Below are positions 1-14,106 of a stretch of 64,000 bases of DNA, piece after piece. The DNA comes from a virus, in IMG/VR virus record IMGVR_UViG_3300049043_000117, positions 57,675 through 121,674 of that record. One strand, written 5' to 3'. The stretch's first letter is position 1. Each line of letters begins with the position of its first letter. The notes under the pieces were generated by a model. The model did no database searches and was not told the DNA's origin. It saw only the letters and a list, made by a program, of their open reading frames with translations. A program made the translations under genes and the position numbers.

Positions 1-2529
1 CATTGTTTTCATTAATAAGTGATAAAACAGAATCCTTAGTGTAATCATAAGTTACAGATTCGTCTAGAGTACCTACATTAAATAAAGAACCAGATCCAAT
101 TTCAGAATAAATTACGGGAGAATCTGCACTAGATCCAGAAAGTAAAATATTAGATGTTTCAATTGCAGGAACATAAGTCGTTTTTTCAATTAAAGTTCCA
201 CCAACATTAATAATCAATTTATTTTCTGGAGTTTGCGATTCTAAAATTTCAAATCCAGATCCACTAACAGAAATTTCACCAAATGGATATAAATCTTCAG
301 AAACACTAGGACCGACAATGAATCCAAAATCATCTGTTGTGGAGTAAATTTCTGTTATTACTTCGTAGTTTTCAGAATTCGTATGAGCGTCAGAAATTAA
401 TCCATAATTGGTATCACCTACGAAAAGTATTGAATTCTCATTATAATCATAAGATATACCTTCAGATTTTTCACCAGAACTAAAGAGAGTTCCAGAAGTA
501 TTATCTGGACTATAAACAACTTTTATATCGACTTTTACTGCATAGAAATTAATATCAATATATTCAGTAGTTCCTGATTCCATTTAAAGTTAAAGATCCG
601 AAAGGAGTTAATGTAGAAGATATATCAAAAGATCCATATGTCTCAACTTGACTACTAATTTCAGTTACTAATCCAATGTCTTCAAATTCTGTCGCTCAAA
701 ACACTTATAAACCCATAATTAATGTTGGTAAACTCAAAAGTTGATTCTAAATTGTAATCATAAGTTATAGACTCAACTTTTTCACCAAAACTAAAGAGAG
801 TTCCAGAAGTATTGTCTGGACTATAAACAACTTTTACCTCGGACTTTTGGAGCATAGAAATTAACATTAGTATATTCAGTAATCGCGGATCCATTTAAAG
901 TTAAAGATCCAAAAGGATTTAATCCACCAACCTCAGCAAGAGTTTGATAATTTCTAAATTCTATAGGTTCATCAGATAATATCCCATAGTTATCAAAATC
1001 TACAGCACTAACAGATACTGTTCCAAAATCTTCTTGACTTTCGATAACCCTAGAGTCTAAATTATAATCATATGCAACAGACTCTATGTTGTTTCCAACA
1101 TTAAATACTGTCGCTATATTTTACCGGAGGATATAAACTACACTATAATTTGCAGTAATATTATAAATTCCAACATCAATTGGGGGAACAATTACTGCGG
1201 ATCCAGTTAGATCCAATAGATCCAAATGGTTCAACAGAATTAAAAACTATTAGATCAAAATCTTCACTTCCAGATGTAATTTCATTTAATATCAGACCAT
1301 AATCAAAAACCTCTGTTGGGGAATTTGTTATTAATTCATAAGAATCTGATACGAGGGGGTTATCCGAATCTTCATTATAGTCATATGAAATTTTTTCTGT
1401 ACTTGTAACTATTAGTTCTAAATTAATAGTTTCTTCTGGAGGATTATAACTTACAAATTCCGTTGCAGCAGATCCTAATAATTGTAGTTGTAATAAAGAC
1501 TCTGGCGGATTATATGTAACTTTTTCAACAGAACTCCGTCTAAATATATCTCCAGAGAATAATTGAAAACTACTTTTTGAATTGACACTTCCTGATTCCA
1601 AATAAGGAAATTATCCCTGTTGATGAAGATGTGGTTTGTAATCTTTCTGTAGCTCCATTAATCTTCTTGCTCCTTCGTCGATGACATCAAATATATTTCC
1701 ATAATTTTCTGTTTGAGTTACTCCTCCATCAATTTGTCCATTATTTTCGGAAGAAAACTCTACAATCGACTCTAAATTATAATCATAGGTTATTTTTTCT
1801 ATGCAAATACCAGAAGATCCCGATTCAACCGAATCGGGAATATTTTGTTTTATAAGAAAACTAGAAGAAGATCCTGTTATTTGTAATTCACATAAAGATT
1901 CTGGCGGGTTATATACAACACCTTCTAATTTTTCGTTAGAAAAATTAAAAATTATTGTTGATCCTACATATTTTTTAATAACATCTACACTTCCACTAGA
2001 AGATGTTACTATAACTGAAAATTGCGATCTATATTCGTAAGATATTTTTTCGGAATATTCTAATCCAGAACTAAATGTAAGTGGGCAATCCTACAACACC
2101 ACCACTCCATATTTCTGGATATCCAGTTGTTTACCACTGAGAAATGTAATTATAGTTCATAATCGACCTCCACCAGAAACATCAGGTATTACTTTTCTTT
2201 TGAGGTCACCGGAAAAGTTGAAAAATAATACTAAATCCAATCCATCTAAGAACAATCCCATAAAAAATAATTGATTTCAAATTAAGATCAATGTATTTTT
2301 TAAATATTGAAGTTTTTTTAGTATACTTTGTTTTATTTCCAAATACTTTTATTGATCCAAATGGAATTAAAGTTTCATTGTGTGCAATTTCGTAATGATT
2401 TTCACTATCAACTGTGATATTAGTTATATTTCCACAATCATCCGTCTCCCAAGAAGAATTTGTTATAGTGCCAAAATCTTCTTGAAAATAAGTATTAACC
2501 GTGGATGAATTATACTGATAGACATTCAT
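1..2529 (-). CDS. Repeat-rich virion structural protein, frameshifted, continues past the left edge
   Basis: Starts MNVYQYNSST at 2529. Fragments 1176-1601 and 682-894 repeat the motifs (E/K)xxYDYNxxS, YxP(P)E and PFGS. Near-identical DNA blocks at ~480-600 and ~790-910. Confidence 0.6.
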
Positions 2530-2558
2530 CTTGACACAACGATAAAAGACTCGATAAT

Positions 2559-2587
2559 AAAAAAGGGATTGTATTGATTACAATCCC
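2559..2587 (-). terminator. Rho-independent terminator
   Basis: Perfect 9-bp stem GGGATTGTA (2565-2573) / TACAATCCC (2579-2587), 5-nt loop, T6 tail on the minus strand, ~30 nt after the stop at 2618. Confidence 0.8.
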
Positions 2588-2617
2588 GAAAAATAGAATA
2601 ATATATTTATTTATCAA

Positions 2618-3625
2618 TCAGTCAAGAGCAACATTGAGAGTGATCTTAATTTGGTCTCCGTTGTTTTGAATGCTGTAAGGACCGTTTGTAAATCTTTCAG
2701 CGATACATGATTGAACTATATAAAGTCGCAGTATTAAGTCCTACAGTTGAACTTAATCTTGGTGAAAGAGATGGAGTTGTATAGAATTCATTTGCATTTG
2801 GAACATTGAATACTGTATAAGTTCCAGATGTAGTTGTTGTGTTACCAGTTCCTGCTGCAATATAAAGTACATCTCCAGCTACTAATTGATGGCCAGTTGC
2901 GGAAATTTTAGAAAAACTAAATGTAACACTTGGGTCTGTAGCAACCTGAATGTTATCAATCAAGGCTTTGTCTAAATAGATAACTTTTAGTGCTCTATCA
3001 ATACCAATGACTTGAGTTGATGTTTGAATTCCAGCATTACCACCAACAATCATTCCGAGAGTTAAATCATCAACGGTTTGATCTGGATCGATTGTAATGT
3101 ATTGATTCCCAACAACTCCAATTACTGGGTCAGTGTTGTCACCTTTAGATATGGTAGTTCCAATACCAACACTTGCATAATGAACTTTGCCCTGCACTGC
3201 GACCGGCATGTTGTTTGCACGAGTTACGTAATAACCGTAAACATCGCCAGGTCTCCAGTGAATGTAAATGTTTGTTCAGGATAAGTTGCAGTGGTTCCAG
3301 AACCAACATTATTAATTCTCCAACGAGAACCATTAAGAAGAATGCCTGTTTGTGATGTATATGTTTGATCAGATCTGTTATTTACGCAATATGGATATCC
3401 TGTAGTTGGAGCAAATCCATATGCATTAGTATTACCAACTCCATATGGTTCATAATAAGCAGCTGCGGAAGGAACATCCGATTCTGCTGGAGTCGTATTA
3501 CTGGTGAAGAGTTTGAGAACAAGGTTTCTGGGAGATTGATCAGCTAAAGATGCAGTATGATTATTCTGAGCAATCAAATACCTTAGTGACTCAATTTCTC
3601 CAATATTAGGAACTAAAAGTGCCAT
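2618..3625 (-). CDS. Conserved cyanomyovirus virion structural protein (frameshifted)
   Basis: ORFs 3224-3625 (MALLVPNIGEIESLRYL...LVLKLFTSNTTP) and 2697-3209 join, ending GPYSIQNNGDQIKITLNVALD* at 2618. Has its own late promoter and terminator. Confidence 0.65.
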
Positions 3626-3668
3626 TTAAACAACTCCTTACAACTTGGTGACGTTTGATAACTATCTT

Positions 3669-3676
3669 TATTTATA
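3669..3676 (-). promoter_or_regulatory. T4-type late promoter TATAAATA
   Basis: Exact gp55-type consensus on the minus strand, ~45 nt upstream of the ATG at 3625. Confidence 0.8.
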
Positions 3677-4349
3677 ATTTTAATTTTAAAGAAATTAAAA
3701 ATCGATTTATATTATTGACTGCAATGACATCAAAAGTCAAAATATCACCTGCAATCAATATTTGTGTCCCAATTATTTAGTACATCATCTCTGACTTTTC
3801 TTGAATTGGAAAGTTGTGGATACACTCCACCAACTATGGATGCAAATGTTGGAAAATTACTATAATTTGACTTTTTAATATCTATTGTTAAATCTCCCTG
3901 TTGATCAGAAAGAATAGTCAAAGATTCTATTATTCCACTTACATCCAAAGTAACCGATCCTTTATTTCCCGCAGTCATTGCAATAGATCCACTATCAACA
4001 ACATAATTGATGGTTCTAGTTAAATCTGCTGTTGTTGCAAGAGCAATAATAAAAACATCATCTCCAATGTCTGGAGCATTTGTAAAAATAATATTATTAC
4101 TAGAAACGACGAAATCCTGAATTGGTTCTAGAACAACATTATTTAAACTAACAATAAGCTGTTGTTCATTAATAGGAACATAATTATTTCCAGTATAAAG
4201 TAAAGCAAAAGTATGTGCAACTCCAGTAAATTGTGAATTTATATTGTCAAGAATTACATTACCATATTGTATAGATTTTGTAGGAATTTCATAATCTACA
4301 CCGATTCTAAACGGACGGGTTCATTGAGAGTTACTAAGTAGTCTGTCAT
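3672..4349 (-). CDS. Virion structural protein (baseplate/tail-associated), frameshifted
   Basis: Manual translation MTDYLVTLNE...LIVSLNNVVLEPIQDFVVSSNNIIFTNAP...RFLISLKLKL*. Includes ORF 3745-3978. One domain resembles repeats in the gp7-like protein. Confidence 0.6.
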
Positions 4350-4679
4350 TATGATACTCCCGGAGTTACCAAAACATTTCCTTGAACAGCTCGAGTTCTA
4401 TAAGAATTAGGAGAAATGAGAATAACATCATAAACATAACGGCCACCTTCAATGGAATCAGTTGCAGTAAACCCCATTGAAACAGCTATTTTTCCATTTA
4501 ATCTGTCAACAAAAGAAAGAATTAACGGATACGCAGTGGAAGAAGTTGGGTGTTTTCTAATAGAAGAAATGCCGTATACCCTGTTAAATTTAATGGTGCA
4601 TTATTGGTGTTCCTGATTGTAAAGGTGACTGAAAGTCTACCCCCTGTTCAAGAACTAAGTTTACATTCCTTGCAGCCAT
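4349..4679 (-). CDS. Small conserved phage structural protein, missed by the ORF track
   Basis: Manual translation across indels: MAARNVNLVLEQG...NAPLNLTGY...GRYVYDVILISPNSYRTRAVQGNVLVTPGVS*. Stop overlaps the next ATG. Confidence 0.65.
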
Positions 4680-4702
4680 TATTGGAAACCGTTTCTAAGT
4701 AT

Positions 4703-4946
4703 TTATGAATCTGGATGCAACTTTTCAATGATTATCTTCATCATTTCTTTTATTTCACCAACATCCGATTTCAATTTATCAATTTCGTTAATTTTATCAT
4801 TGATTTGATTTAATCTTTCAACTTCCTGTGTTTTTGTTGTTTTTAATTTTAAATATTTTTCATAGTCAGAATTGGAACAATTTAAAATAGGCATTAGAAT
4901 TTTTATCTCTAAACAATCCCATATTTCCTTCTACTGGTATTAACAT
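4703..4946 (-). CDS. Conserved cyanophage small coiled-coil protein
   Basis: MLIPVEGNMGLFRDKNSNAILNCS... joins ORF 4703-4894. Confidence 0.6.
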
Positions 4947-4947
4947 A

Positions 4948-7900
4948 TCAAATGCTTGCAATTACTCTAAAATCTCTAATTTTTGGTACAAATGCAGAAT
5001 TAGTTCCTGACATCAAAATTTTAATTTGGAATCCATTAAATTGTGATAAATTAGAAGCGGTAAATTCATAAGAATTGAAATTGTTTTCTGATATTGAATT
5101 TGCAACTTTTCTATCAGGCAATCCACTATTTTTTGAAGGATCAATCACTTGTAAATTTATATCTAAATTATCATATCCGGGAAATAATTGCCAAAGCTGA
5201 GATTCTGATGGAGAATCAGATCTAAAGATTCTGTAACATACTCTAATATCATTTGTGGAGTGTTTAAAAGCGTCAAAGAAAACTTTTAAGTTATCTGAAG
5301 CTTTATCCAGAATAACAATATTACTTAAGTAAACTGCTGCTGTTGGGTCATCATCTAAAGAATTGACTCTTGAGTCAGTAGCATAATTTTGAATTTTGGA
5401 ATTAATTCTATTAGAAACAGTAACTATGTTTACTCTATCCAAATCAACCATTGGAGAAACTTTTTCATCATTTGTTTTTAATGACAATTCCATGGTAAAT
5501 GATTTTTTGCCAGGAAAATCTGATAAAAATGTTTCTTCATTGATTTGAGAACAAATAATTCTTGGAGAATTGAATTCATTATTTGAATTCAAAGATATAT
5601 CAACAAATCCTTGATCTAAGAAAGGTGTTAAGCTACTATCTGGAGTAGATCCACTAAAAGTTCTAACTTTTGCGGATATGGAAGTTTTTTGTGGTAATAA
5701 TGTTTGTATATTTGGTCGAATAATATTAAATGGTATGTTTTGAGTTGATTTGGGTCCCTTTGGGGATCCTAATAGAGGAACTGTATCATAAGACCCACAA
5801 GATTTATCGGCATTAAAATAAAGAGCTGGATATGAAAGAACGTTTGCTGGAGTTCTATCAACACCTCTACTACTCATACCAACTTTAATGTAGTAATAAT
5901 CTAAGTCCGTTGGATATGTTACTAAATCCGTATCAGATAAATTATGAGTTTTATTAATTCTTCTCAAAGATACACCATTTAATTCATATTTGAATATTGG
6001 AAGTTCGAGATCATATGATCCAGAAATAGTATCATCAATATTTCTAGTTATTCCAGTTAAATTATTAGCAGCTGTTATTACTCCTGTATATCGAATAACT
6101 TCATTGTCTATCAAAATATATCCAGGATTAACTGATGAAACTGGAAGATTTTCGAAACTGGTAAATATGCCTACAGAACTTACTACAATATTATCCGTAG
6201 ATGTTGAATTGTATACAGATTTCAGTGTTTCTGGTTTTCGATCTGGCTCTATACCAGAAAGTGTCACTTTATCTACTAAAGAATACATACCATGATTATT
6301 GTGACTCACTTTAAAATGAAGACCATCAACCAAATCAGTTATAGTTCTTACTGTTGCACCAGAAAGAAGTGAGGTTCCGGACGTGCCGACATAATATAGA
6401 CTATCGACCGAATTTTGATTGAGAGTTCCTTGAACTCTATCCACTAACAAGGAATTAAAAGAAGATATTATTCCTACATTGTTTGGAATTGTAAGAATTA
6501 AATTATTTCCAAGTCCATCCGTTTGGGAATAATCAACTTTTAATGAATCTCCATAAGCATATCCAGTTCCACCAATGGAAACTGTTGCTGCAATAGTGAC
6601 TCCGTTTTGAACACTTAGATTCACTTTTAGTTGCAAATCCAAAACCAGTCATTGAAATTACATTTATATTAGAATAAGTTTTAAATGTAGAAGTAAATCC
6701 AATTCCAGACGAAGTTATTATTAATGTGCTTCCGATTCCTACCGATCCTACTATACTCTTTAAATTCGATGTAAATTTTAAGTTATTGCTTTGCAATATG
6801 GGACTTCCTGGAGTCAATCCAGAAACTTCAGACGAAGTTAAACTTTTTCCTAGTCCAATTAACGTTGATTTTGAAATACAATCTATTGGATTCGGTCTTA
6901 AAGTAACTATTTGATTATTGCCTATCGTCCAACTTTGGATTATAAAATCTAACTGTAGATGGTTCCGTTACAAATTTTGCTCTATAAAGAACCAGCTTCA
7001 AATCTTCTAATTGGCTTGGATCCCAAGTTGCACCATTTTGTGACTTGAATAGTGATCCCAATAAAGGTTGTTGTGAAACAACAATCTTTTGGGATTCCTG
7101 GCAAGTTTAGAGTAGTTACATCTTCTTCGCCCATTCTGGAAACCCAAACAGTATATTCATTTGATGCAGAAAGCTAAAACTACACAATAAGTCACTCTGC
7201 AGCTTCAAGATAAACTGGTGATGGGAAAGTAAATGTTGTTGGTGTTTTGCCATCATCAGATATATTAACTTGACTTGGATCTAAAACAACTTCTCCAAAA
7301 GGTATAATAGTTGTTGTAGGCAAACCAGTTTGCATAGTTCTAATTTGCATAGTAATTGGCAAATTTTTAGTGTCCTTAGATTTAAAGAACACATCACATT
7401 TTGTGATGAAAACTCCATTTTCATCAGGAACCTCGAAAGATTGTGCGAGAGGATCGACCCATCTGGTTTGAGTTTCCGTTCGATTTACAAAAGAAACTCC
7501 TAGCTAACACTGATGCAGACTGTTGGCTCGTTAACGTTCTCTCTTCGGTTCTATTACTTCTTTCAATAGTTGCATTTCTAGTTCTTAAAGTAATTTCTTC
7601 AGTATTCAGCTGAAAGTTCCAGATGATCTAAACTTGGCGTCAGGAGTACTATCTGTTGATCCAACAATTGTTGAATTATTTGAACTGGTAGTAAGAGTAA
7701 AAGTTTTTGTTCCTGTTTCAAATGATGGAGTAGATTGTAATTTTGAATTTGGAATAAACAACGATCCGATCAAAGTGCCACTAATATCAGTAACTAATCT
7801 AATATCTGTAATTTTTGCAACGGCTTTAGAAGTTTCTCCCTTTAATTGCATATTTGTAATTATGCGGCCATAAAATCCAGAGGACGCTTGCAATTCTAGA

Positions 7901-10900
7901 GAAGTAAGTATCAACATTTAATAAATTAGAAGTTGTTGAATATAATACTGGTATAGATTGTCCCGGAACATAAGGATTTTCCACATAAACTTGTTCTGGT
8001 TTATTATAGGGCCCATACTTATGATTTGGAGTTGACAATCTAAATCTAATTGAAGTAGTTCCAACAGTACCGACAACAGTTTCTCCAATAATAAAAGTAC
8101 CACTTTCCATTTGAACTTCGATAAGTTTTGGAACAATATACTTGTTCATATCAACATTATCAAAAAATGCATATAACCTTGTTTTTGGTTTTAATCTTCT
8201 TGCTATAAATTCAACGTTTCTGGATCGCATAGTGTGAATAACTTCGGTGGAAACCACAGATGATCCCAAATTAACTGAATCGAAACTTTCTCCAACTTTA
8301 TATTGAATGCCTCTTCTAGACTGTTGTGTAGTAGTAAGAGTGGTGGAATTTGAAAACGTTATAAATTGATCTCTAAATGTTGATACGGTATCAACTCTTA
8401 TGCCTCTGACCGCTCTCAAAACCTCCCCGATTATTTGTAGATCCCAAGAAAGTAGTCTCATTCAATCTAGTTATATTTTCTCTAGCAATTTCCCGTGTAC
8501 CTGTCCAAGTGGTTTCCCAAGCACCCCAATCTACTGGTGATAACCCCGTATTAGTATCAGCGGATAATTGTTGAATTGTCGCCCTGTAATTTCCTTCTCT
8601 ATCTATAGTTCTTGTCGTACCTCTAGTTTCAATCCACGTATCCGTTGCCGGGTTCAATTCTATAGCTCCAATCCAGTTAACAACATTAAATGGATTAACA
8701 TTTTCAATTCTAGTTGCAAAAGTATTTTTCAAAAATACTTCATCACTATACTTTAAACAAATGACATCTCCGACTTTCACTATATTTGGACTTCCTAACT
8801 CTTTTACGAATCTCAAATCCACATCTGGATTTGAAACATTTGAATTTCCAATTACAAATTCTGACCCCAAAAGAAGATCTATCGAAGTAGTGTAATGTTG
8901 GGGCCTAAGAATTCCCTCTTTAGTATCAATACTACACTTATATTGACTGTCTCCTAAAGATCCGGAACTTATAGATTTAAAATTGTCTACAAGAAAACCA
9001 CATTTAAATCTATCTAACTGCGTTTGAGAATCTCTCAATGTTAAATTTTTAGTATCAGTTTCCAAAAGGGATAATGAAGTATAATATTCTATATTTCTGA
9101 TCCTATCCTCAAGTTTAGAAATGTCTTTCATTCTATAACGTTTATGCGGAGATAATTGTACTAGTACATCTCCAACGTTATAAACGTATGGATTCATAGT
9201 GATTGTCGCTACTTCTAGAGCATTTTCAATACTTTCCGGAACAATAGGACTTGTTGATGGCACTCCTTTAGAAATAAAAAATTCACCATATTTGTTGAGA
9301 TATAATTTGTCTATTCTACCAACGTAATGTGAATAAGATAAAAATAAACTTTTATCTTTAGCAAAATTATAGGGAGTAGAGTTTGTTGAACTTAAAAATT
9401 TTCTTGAATCAAATTCAAATGGAGAAAAAGGAGTTATACTACTATTGTATGGAGTCACTCTACAGCTTGAAAATCAATAATATCACTTGATCTATAAAAA
9501 GAAATTTTAGGCAATTCTTGTGAATATCTTTCACGTTCATATGAACTAACCGTTACAAAATCTCCATCATCATTCGAGTCAATATAATAATAATTATACA
9601 CTATTTTTAATCTTTTGGTGGGAGAAGATATTTCAGATTTTCTTATTAATGATGAATAATCTGATATTTCTAAAGTTTGCCCACTATCAAAAATAAAATT
9701 TGATACAACATTTCGGTCACCTTCTATCAACAAACTTACTGTGGCGGAAATATTTGATTCCGAAAAAGTAATTTTTTCTCCTTTAATAAAAGTATTTTCA
9801 TTGGAATAGACAAATTCTAGTTGATTTGTGCCATTAGTAGACACAAATAATGCCACTGCATTACTGGATTGTCCATAAATTATTTCACCCTTGACCGCAT
9901 TTAAAATATTTGCATTTAAATCAACAACTTCTAATTTTGGTAATTCTGCATCAGTTGAATCTGAAGATTCAAACACCCCAACTACGGAAATTACATCAGG
10001 AACATTTAGTGATATTCTTTTATCTTGTACTCTTGTTCCATAGTAAGTACCATATGTTAAACCGTCATTAAGAGTGGTACTTCCTATTCCAGAAGAAGGG
10101 TTATTTGAACTTCTTACGTCCAAAACTGCACACCTATTATAAATTTTCTTCCTAGCTTTCAATCTTCTTTTTCTTAAGGTAACTGTTAATGTTGCGGTGC
10201 CATTTTTACTCAGATTTACTAAGGTTAAAGTTCTTTCAGAAGTAATAGTAAATTGACTAGAAGTTAATTTTTCAATAGTTCCATCATTGAATACTAAAGA
10301 ATAATCTTCTTCATCGAAGGGTTCTAACGTTATTCTAGTATCACTTTCTAAAGTTGATGTTAGTCCATTTGATGCAATTGTTACAGAATAAGACTTCCTA
10401 TATACTATTTCTCCATCAGAAAGATCAACACTTGCAACATTTGGTTTTTCTAATTCTGCAAATAAAAATGATTCTTTATTATTTAATAAAGTAGAAGTAC
10501 CTTTAAACAAGTCATTTGTAGTTATTGAACTCGTCGGTAATCCGCCACTACTAACTCCAGTAACATTTGGCGTTGCTTGAATAGATATTGATTTTGCAGA
10601 AGTACTTACGGAAGTTACCCTATTATAAGTTGGAACTGTTTGTCCTGGTTTTGTATAAACAAAAATATCTCCGGTATTAATTCCTACTCCAAAAGTTAAA
10701 GTAGATGCGGTTACTGTACTTATTCCACCAGAGCCTGCAGAAATTGTAAAACTGGTTCCTTGTGATGCAAGAGGTATTCCTACAGATATTACTGGATCAG
10801 GAGTAAATGATGTAGTCGATCCTACATATCCAACGATTTGTTTAATATCTCCAAGATTGTAGTCTCTAACCGCTGTTATTGTTCTGGAGATATCTTGTCC

Positions 10901-12474
10901 ATTAATTTTTAATTGTTCTCCAACAACAAAATTTCCAGAAACTTGATATAAAACTGCCTGAAGAGCTATTTGTAATGTTTGAAACCAAATATCCAGATGC
11001 TGAACTATTTTTACCTTCAATAAATGCAGGTTTTGATAAAGTTATAGTGGCATTTAATGTCAAATATGTATAAGTCTGCAAATCATAAACTGATCCTTCA
11101 AAAATTGTAGTTGCATCTACATATGCTTGATTTTTTAATTTTAAATCATAGACTCTACCAACTCCTATAGGAATCCCAGATGACAGTCCGGGTGTTGATG
11201 TTCTATTTGAATATAAGGTTACTTGACTTGTAGAACCAAATCCAACTGGAACCGTTCCATAAACATTATTAAGTTCTATTTGATTGCCCAAACTGAAAGG
11301 AATGGTTGTATCTTTTATAGTTTCTGTGGTTCTTGGTTTTTCTAAATCTGCATTTACTGTTATAAGAGTTTCTACCTCATATCCTTTAACATATGCTTTT
11401 CCCGGAGAAATTTGCAATGTTAATAAATCATCTGAGGGAGTATTTCCTTGTTTTGTTTGTTGTCCGAATTGTAGACACCGTTGTTTCCTATTCGATTATT
11501 TAATGACTCTTTGCAAAAACTTTAAATGGTGTTATATAGTAATCTCCAGATTCATCATTAGTTCTTCGTGCTAATTCATCAGCCAAAAGTAACGATGTAT
11601 TTTCTTTCTTGGTGACTTTTTTAATAAGACCGTTTTCAAGTCTAAGTAATTCTACAAAATTTTCATCATTAAAATCATCAATAGATTTTTTTATTAGAGT
11701 TGCTACAATTCTGAGTCTATCCGCTCCTGGGGCGTAAAATTTGAAAATCCTCTAGCATTATCAAACAAATCAGAATTTGCTTGAGATGGAACGGCTATAT
11801 CTTCAAAAATAGATAATCCAACTCTATAAGAGGGAAGATTAGAATATTGGTCAAGTATTACAGTTTGAGGAAAAACATCTACAAAAAATCCTCTTATAAA
11901 ATATACGCCTTCCTCTATTTTTGCTGCAGAACCTGTAACAGTAGAATTTGATATAATAGTAGTTGCAAATGATGACTCTAATCTAATAACTCCTAATCCA
12001 TAATCAATATTTTCCAAAACAATAAGATTTTCACCATCGACAAAAGTATTACGAACAAAATCGGTTTCACTAGAACTTTGATATTTTATATACAAAGTAA
12101 AGGTGTCATTTTCAGACTCTTCACTAGTAATGTAATTTTCAATTTTGGCGAAAACTCCACTTGTTTCACCCTTTATCAATTTTCCAACTAAATTCTGGAA
12201 ATATGTAATAACTGGAATACTTAGGTGAGTTGGATCAATTTGGGACACAACTATATTCAGAATCATAAGCTACATTTCCGGGAATAACTACAGATCCCTC
12301 TTTGAAAAAATTTTTTCCAAATTTTTCAACTTGATTTTGTAAAATGGATTGAAGTGTTGTGAGTTCTCTTGCTTGAATTGGAGTTCCTGGTTTAAATAAA
12401 ACTCTTTGATAATTTTTTTGAGGATCAAAATCATCAAAGTATGGAGACGTATTTAGATTAGTGTTTTGTGCCAT
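4948..12474 (-). CDS. Large virion structural protein, DUF4815/VrlC-like (~2500 aa, multiply frameshifted)
   Basis: N-terminus MAQNTNLNTSPYFDDFDPQKNYQRVLFKPGTPIQARELTTLQSILQNQ. Internal KRYRMKDISKLEDRIRNIEYYTSLSLLE, FLVDNF and DPLAQSF. C-terminus PKIRDFRVIASI*. Follows gp8 as in cyanomyoviruses. Confidence 0.85.
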
Positions 12475-12479
12475 TTTTA

Positions 12480-14074
12480 TTAGAACTCCAATACAATTTT
12501 GATATCTTCTTTTTGATTAGAAGATCTTGGAATGGGTTGTCGGTTATCCAAATAAATAATATCTCCAGATTTTTTATTATACTCAGGAGAAGAAATTCCC
12601 GATACAAATTCTTGACCCAACTGATATATTCTATTATTTATTGTGGTAGTAACACCACTAAAATTTGAATTTATTGATAATGTTGGTCCAGTAATAGATG
12701 AACAACTAATTGTCAATCCATATCCAGGATCTGGATTAGAAGTAAATGAAATAATTTTAAATCCTGTTTCGCTTGAAAGCTAGTCCAGTTGGTTGATAAT
12801 ACTTTAAAACTCCAGTTATTGAGTCCCAGGACGCAACAAATCCGAGGCGGTAGATCCCAATCCAACAGTTTGTTTAATGATAGAGTCTACAGCATATGTC
12901 GTATTAGTTGTAACACCAGACAATTTTAAAGTGTTTAATCCGCTTACAAGAGATGAGTTTAATAATTGGGTACTACTTCCAATTATTGTTGGATTTTTTA
13001 TTATTCCAACTCTAGCAAAATCATTTCCCAAAATAATATCCGGAATTATTTTCTAAAGTTTCATATCTAGAATATAATAAAACTCTATAAGCCCAAGTTC
13101 TCTATAAATGTCATATCCATGACCACCCTTGGGGGGATAATGACATTAAAAGAAGCAATAGAAGTAGTTCCAATCCCGTATTACTAAGTTGTCGCAATGG
13201 GTCCGTTATATCTGATCCTGGGTACCTGGATAAAATTTAACAGTTCCGAAAGTATATCCCTTTCCACCATCAGTAACAAAAACTTCAGATACTTTACCAA
13301 AAGAGTCAATAGTAATTGTTGCTTTACCTCCAGTTCCATCCCCTAATATGGGGACATTCGAAAAAGATGTAGAAATTGGTTGATAGTTGGACCCCCTATT
13401 GTTTATGAGAATAACTTCAACTTTTCCATCAAGGCATTATTTTTTGTAGATATGGACTCTCCGGCATTTCCCCAATCTTCCGGAAACGGGAATAAATTCA
13501 ATAGAATCAAATTTTATAATTTCAGAAGGTTTAATAGTATACAAATACTTCCAAACATAACCATCTCCACTAGTCTCCCAGCGACCTTAGGTTCCAAATC
13601 AATGAAAGTAGACTGGTCAAAAGAAGGTCTACCTTTTGGGTTTTCCGGATCTGTTCCATTTTGTAAACATATGTAGACTCTCAAATCTTCATTTATTACA
13701 TAATAATTTGATTCGTATAAACTTGTTTGGGAAGTAACCGAAGTTACATTGAATACATTGTAATCATGTCTATACATCTCATAGGTATTTCCAGGAACCC
13801 AATTAACCTTTCTAACAAGTCTTCTTACATCTTGATTAGAAATTTGTTTTAAAGATATGATACTTTCTTTAACTTGATATTCCTCTCTAAACCCATCAAC
13901 TGGAGAAGGAGTATTTGTAGTCCAAGTGGGAGAACCGCCTGCAGCAGGATTATTACTATTTGGCAACCCAATGAAGGTATAATATTTGTTTGAAGTATTA
14001 CCTACTCCAGAAATACTTTTTACAAAATTTTCTGCATTTAGAATTCTAAACTGATCTGATATTATAGCTGGCAT
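12480..14074 (-). CDS. gp8: Baseplate wedge subunit, T4 gp8-like (frameshifted)
   Basis: MPAIISDQFRILNAENFV..., W..G..YEMYRHDY, YYVINEDLRVYICLQN, ending IIYLDNRQPIPRSSNQKEDIKIVLEF*. Confidence 0.85.
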
Positions 14075-14106
14075 TTTAGAACATACTTTTTTTATTTAGT
14101 TCGATT

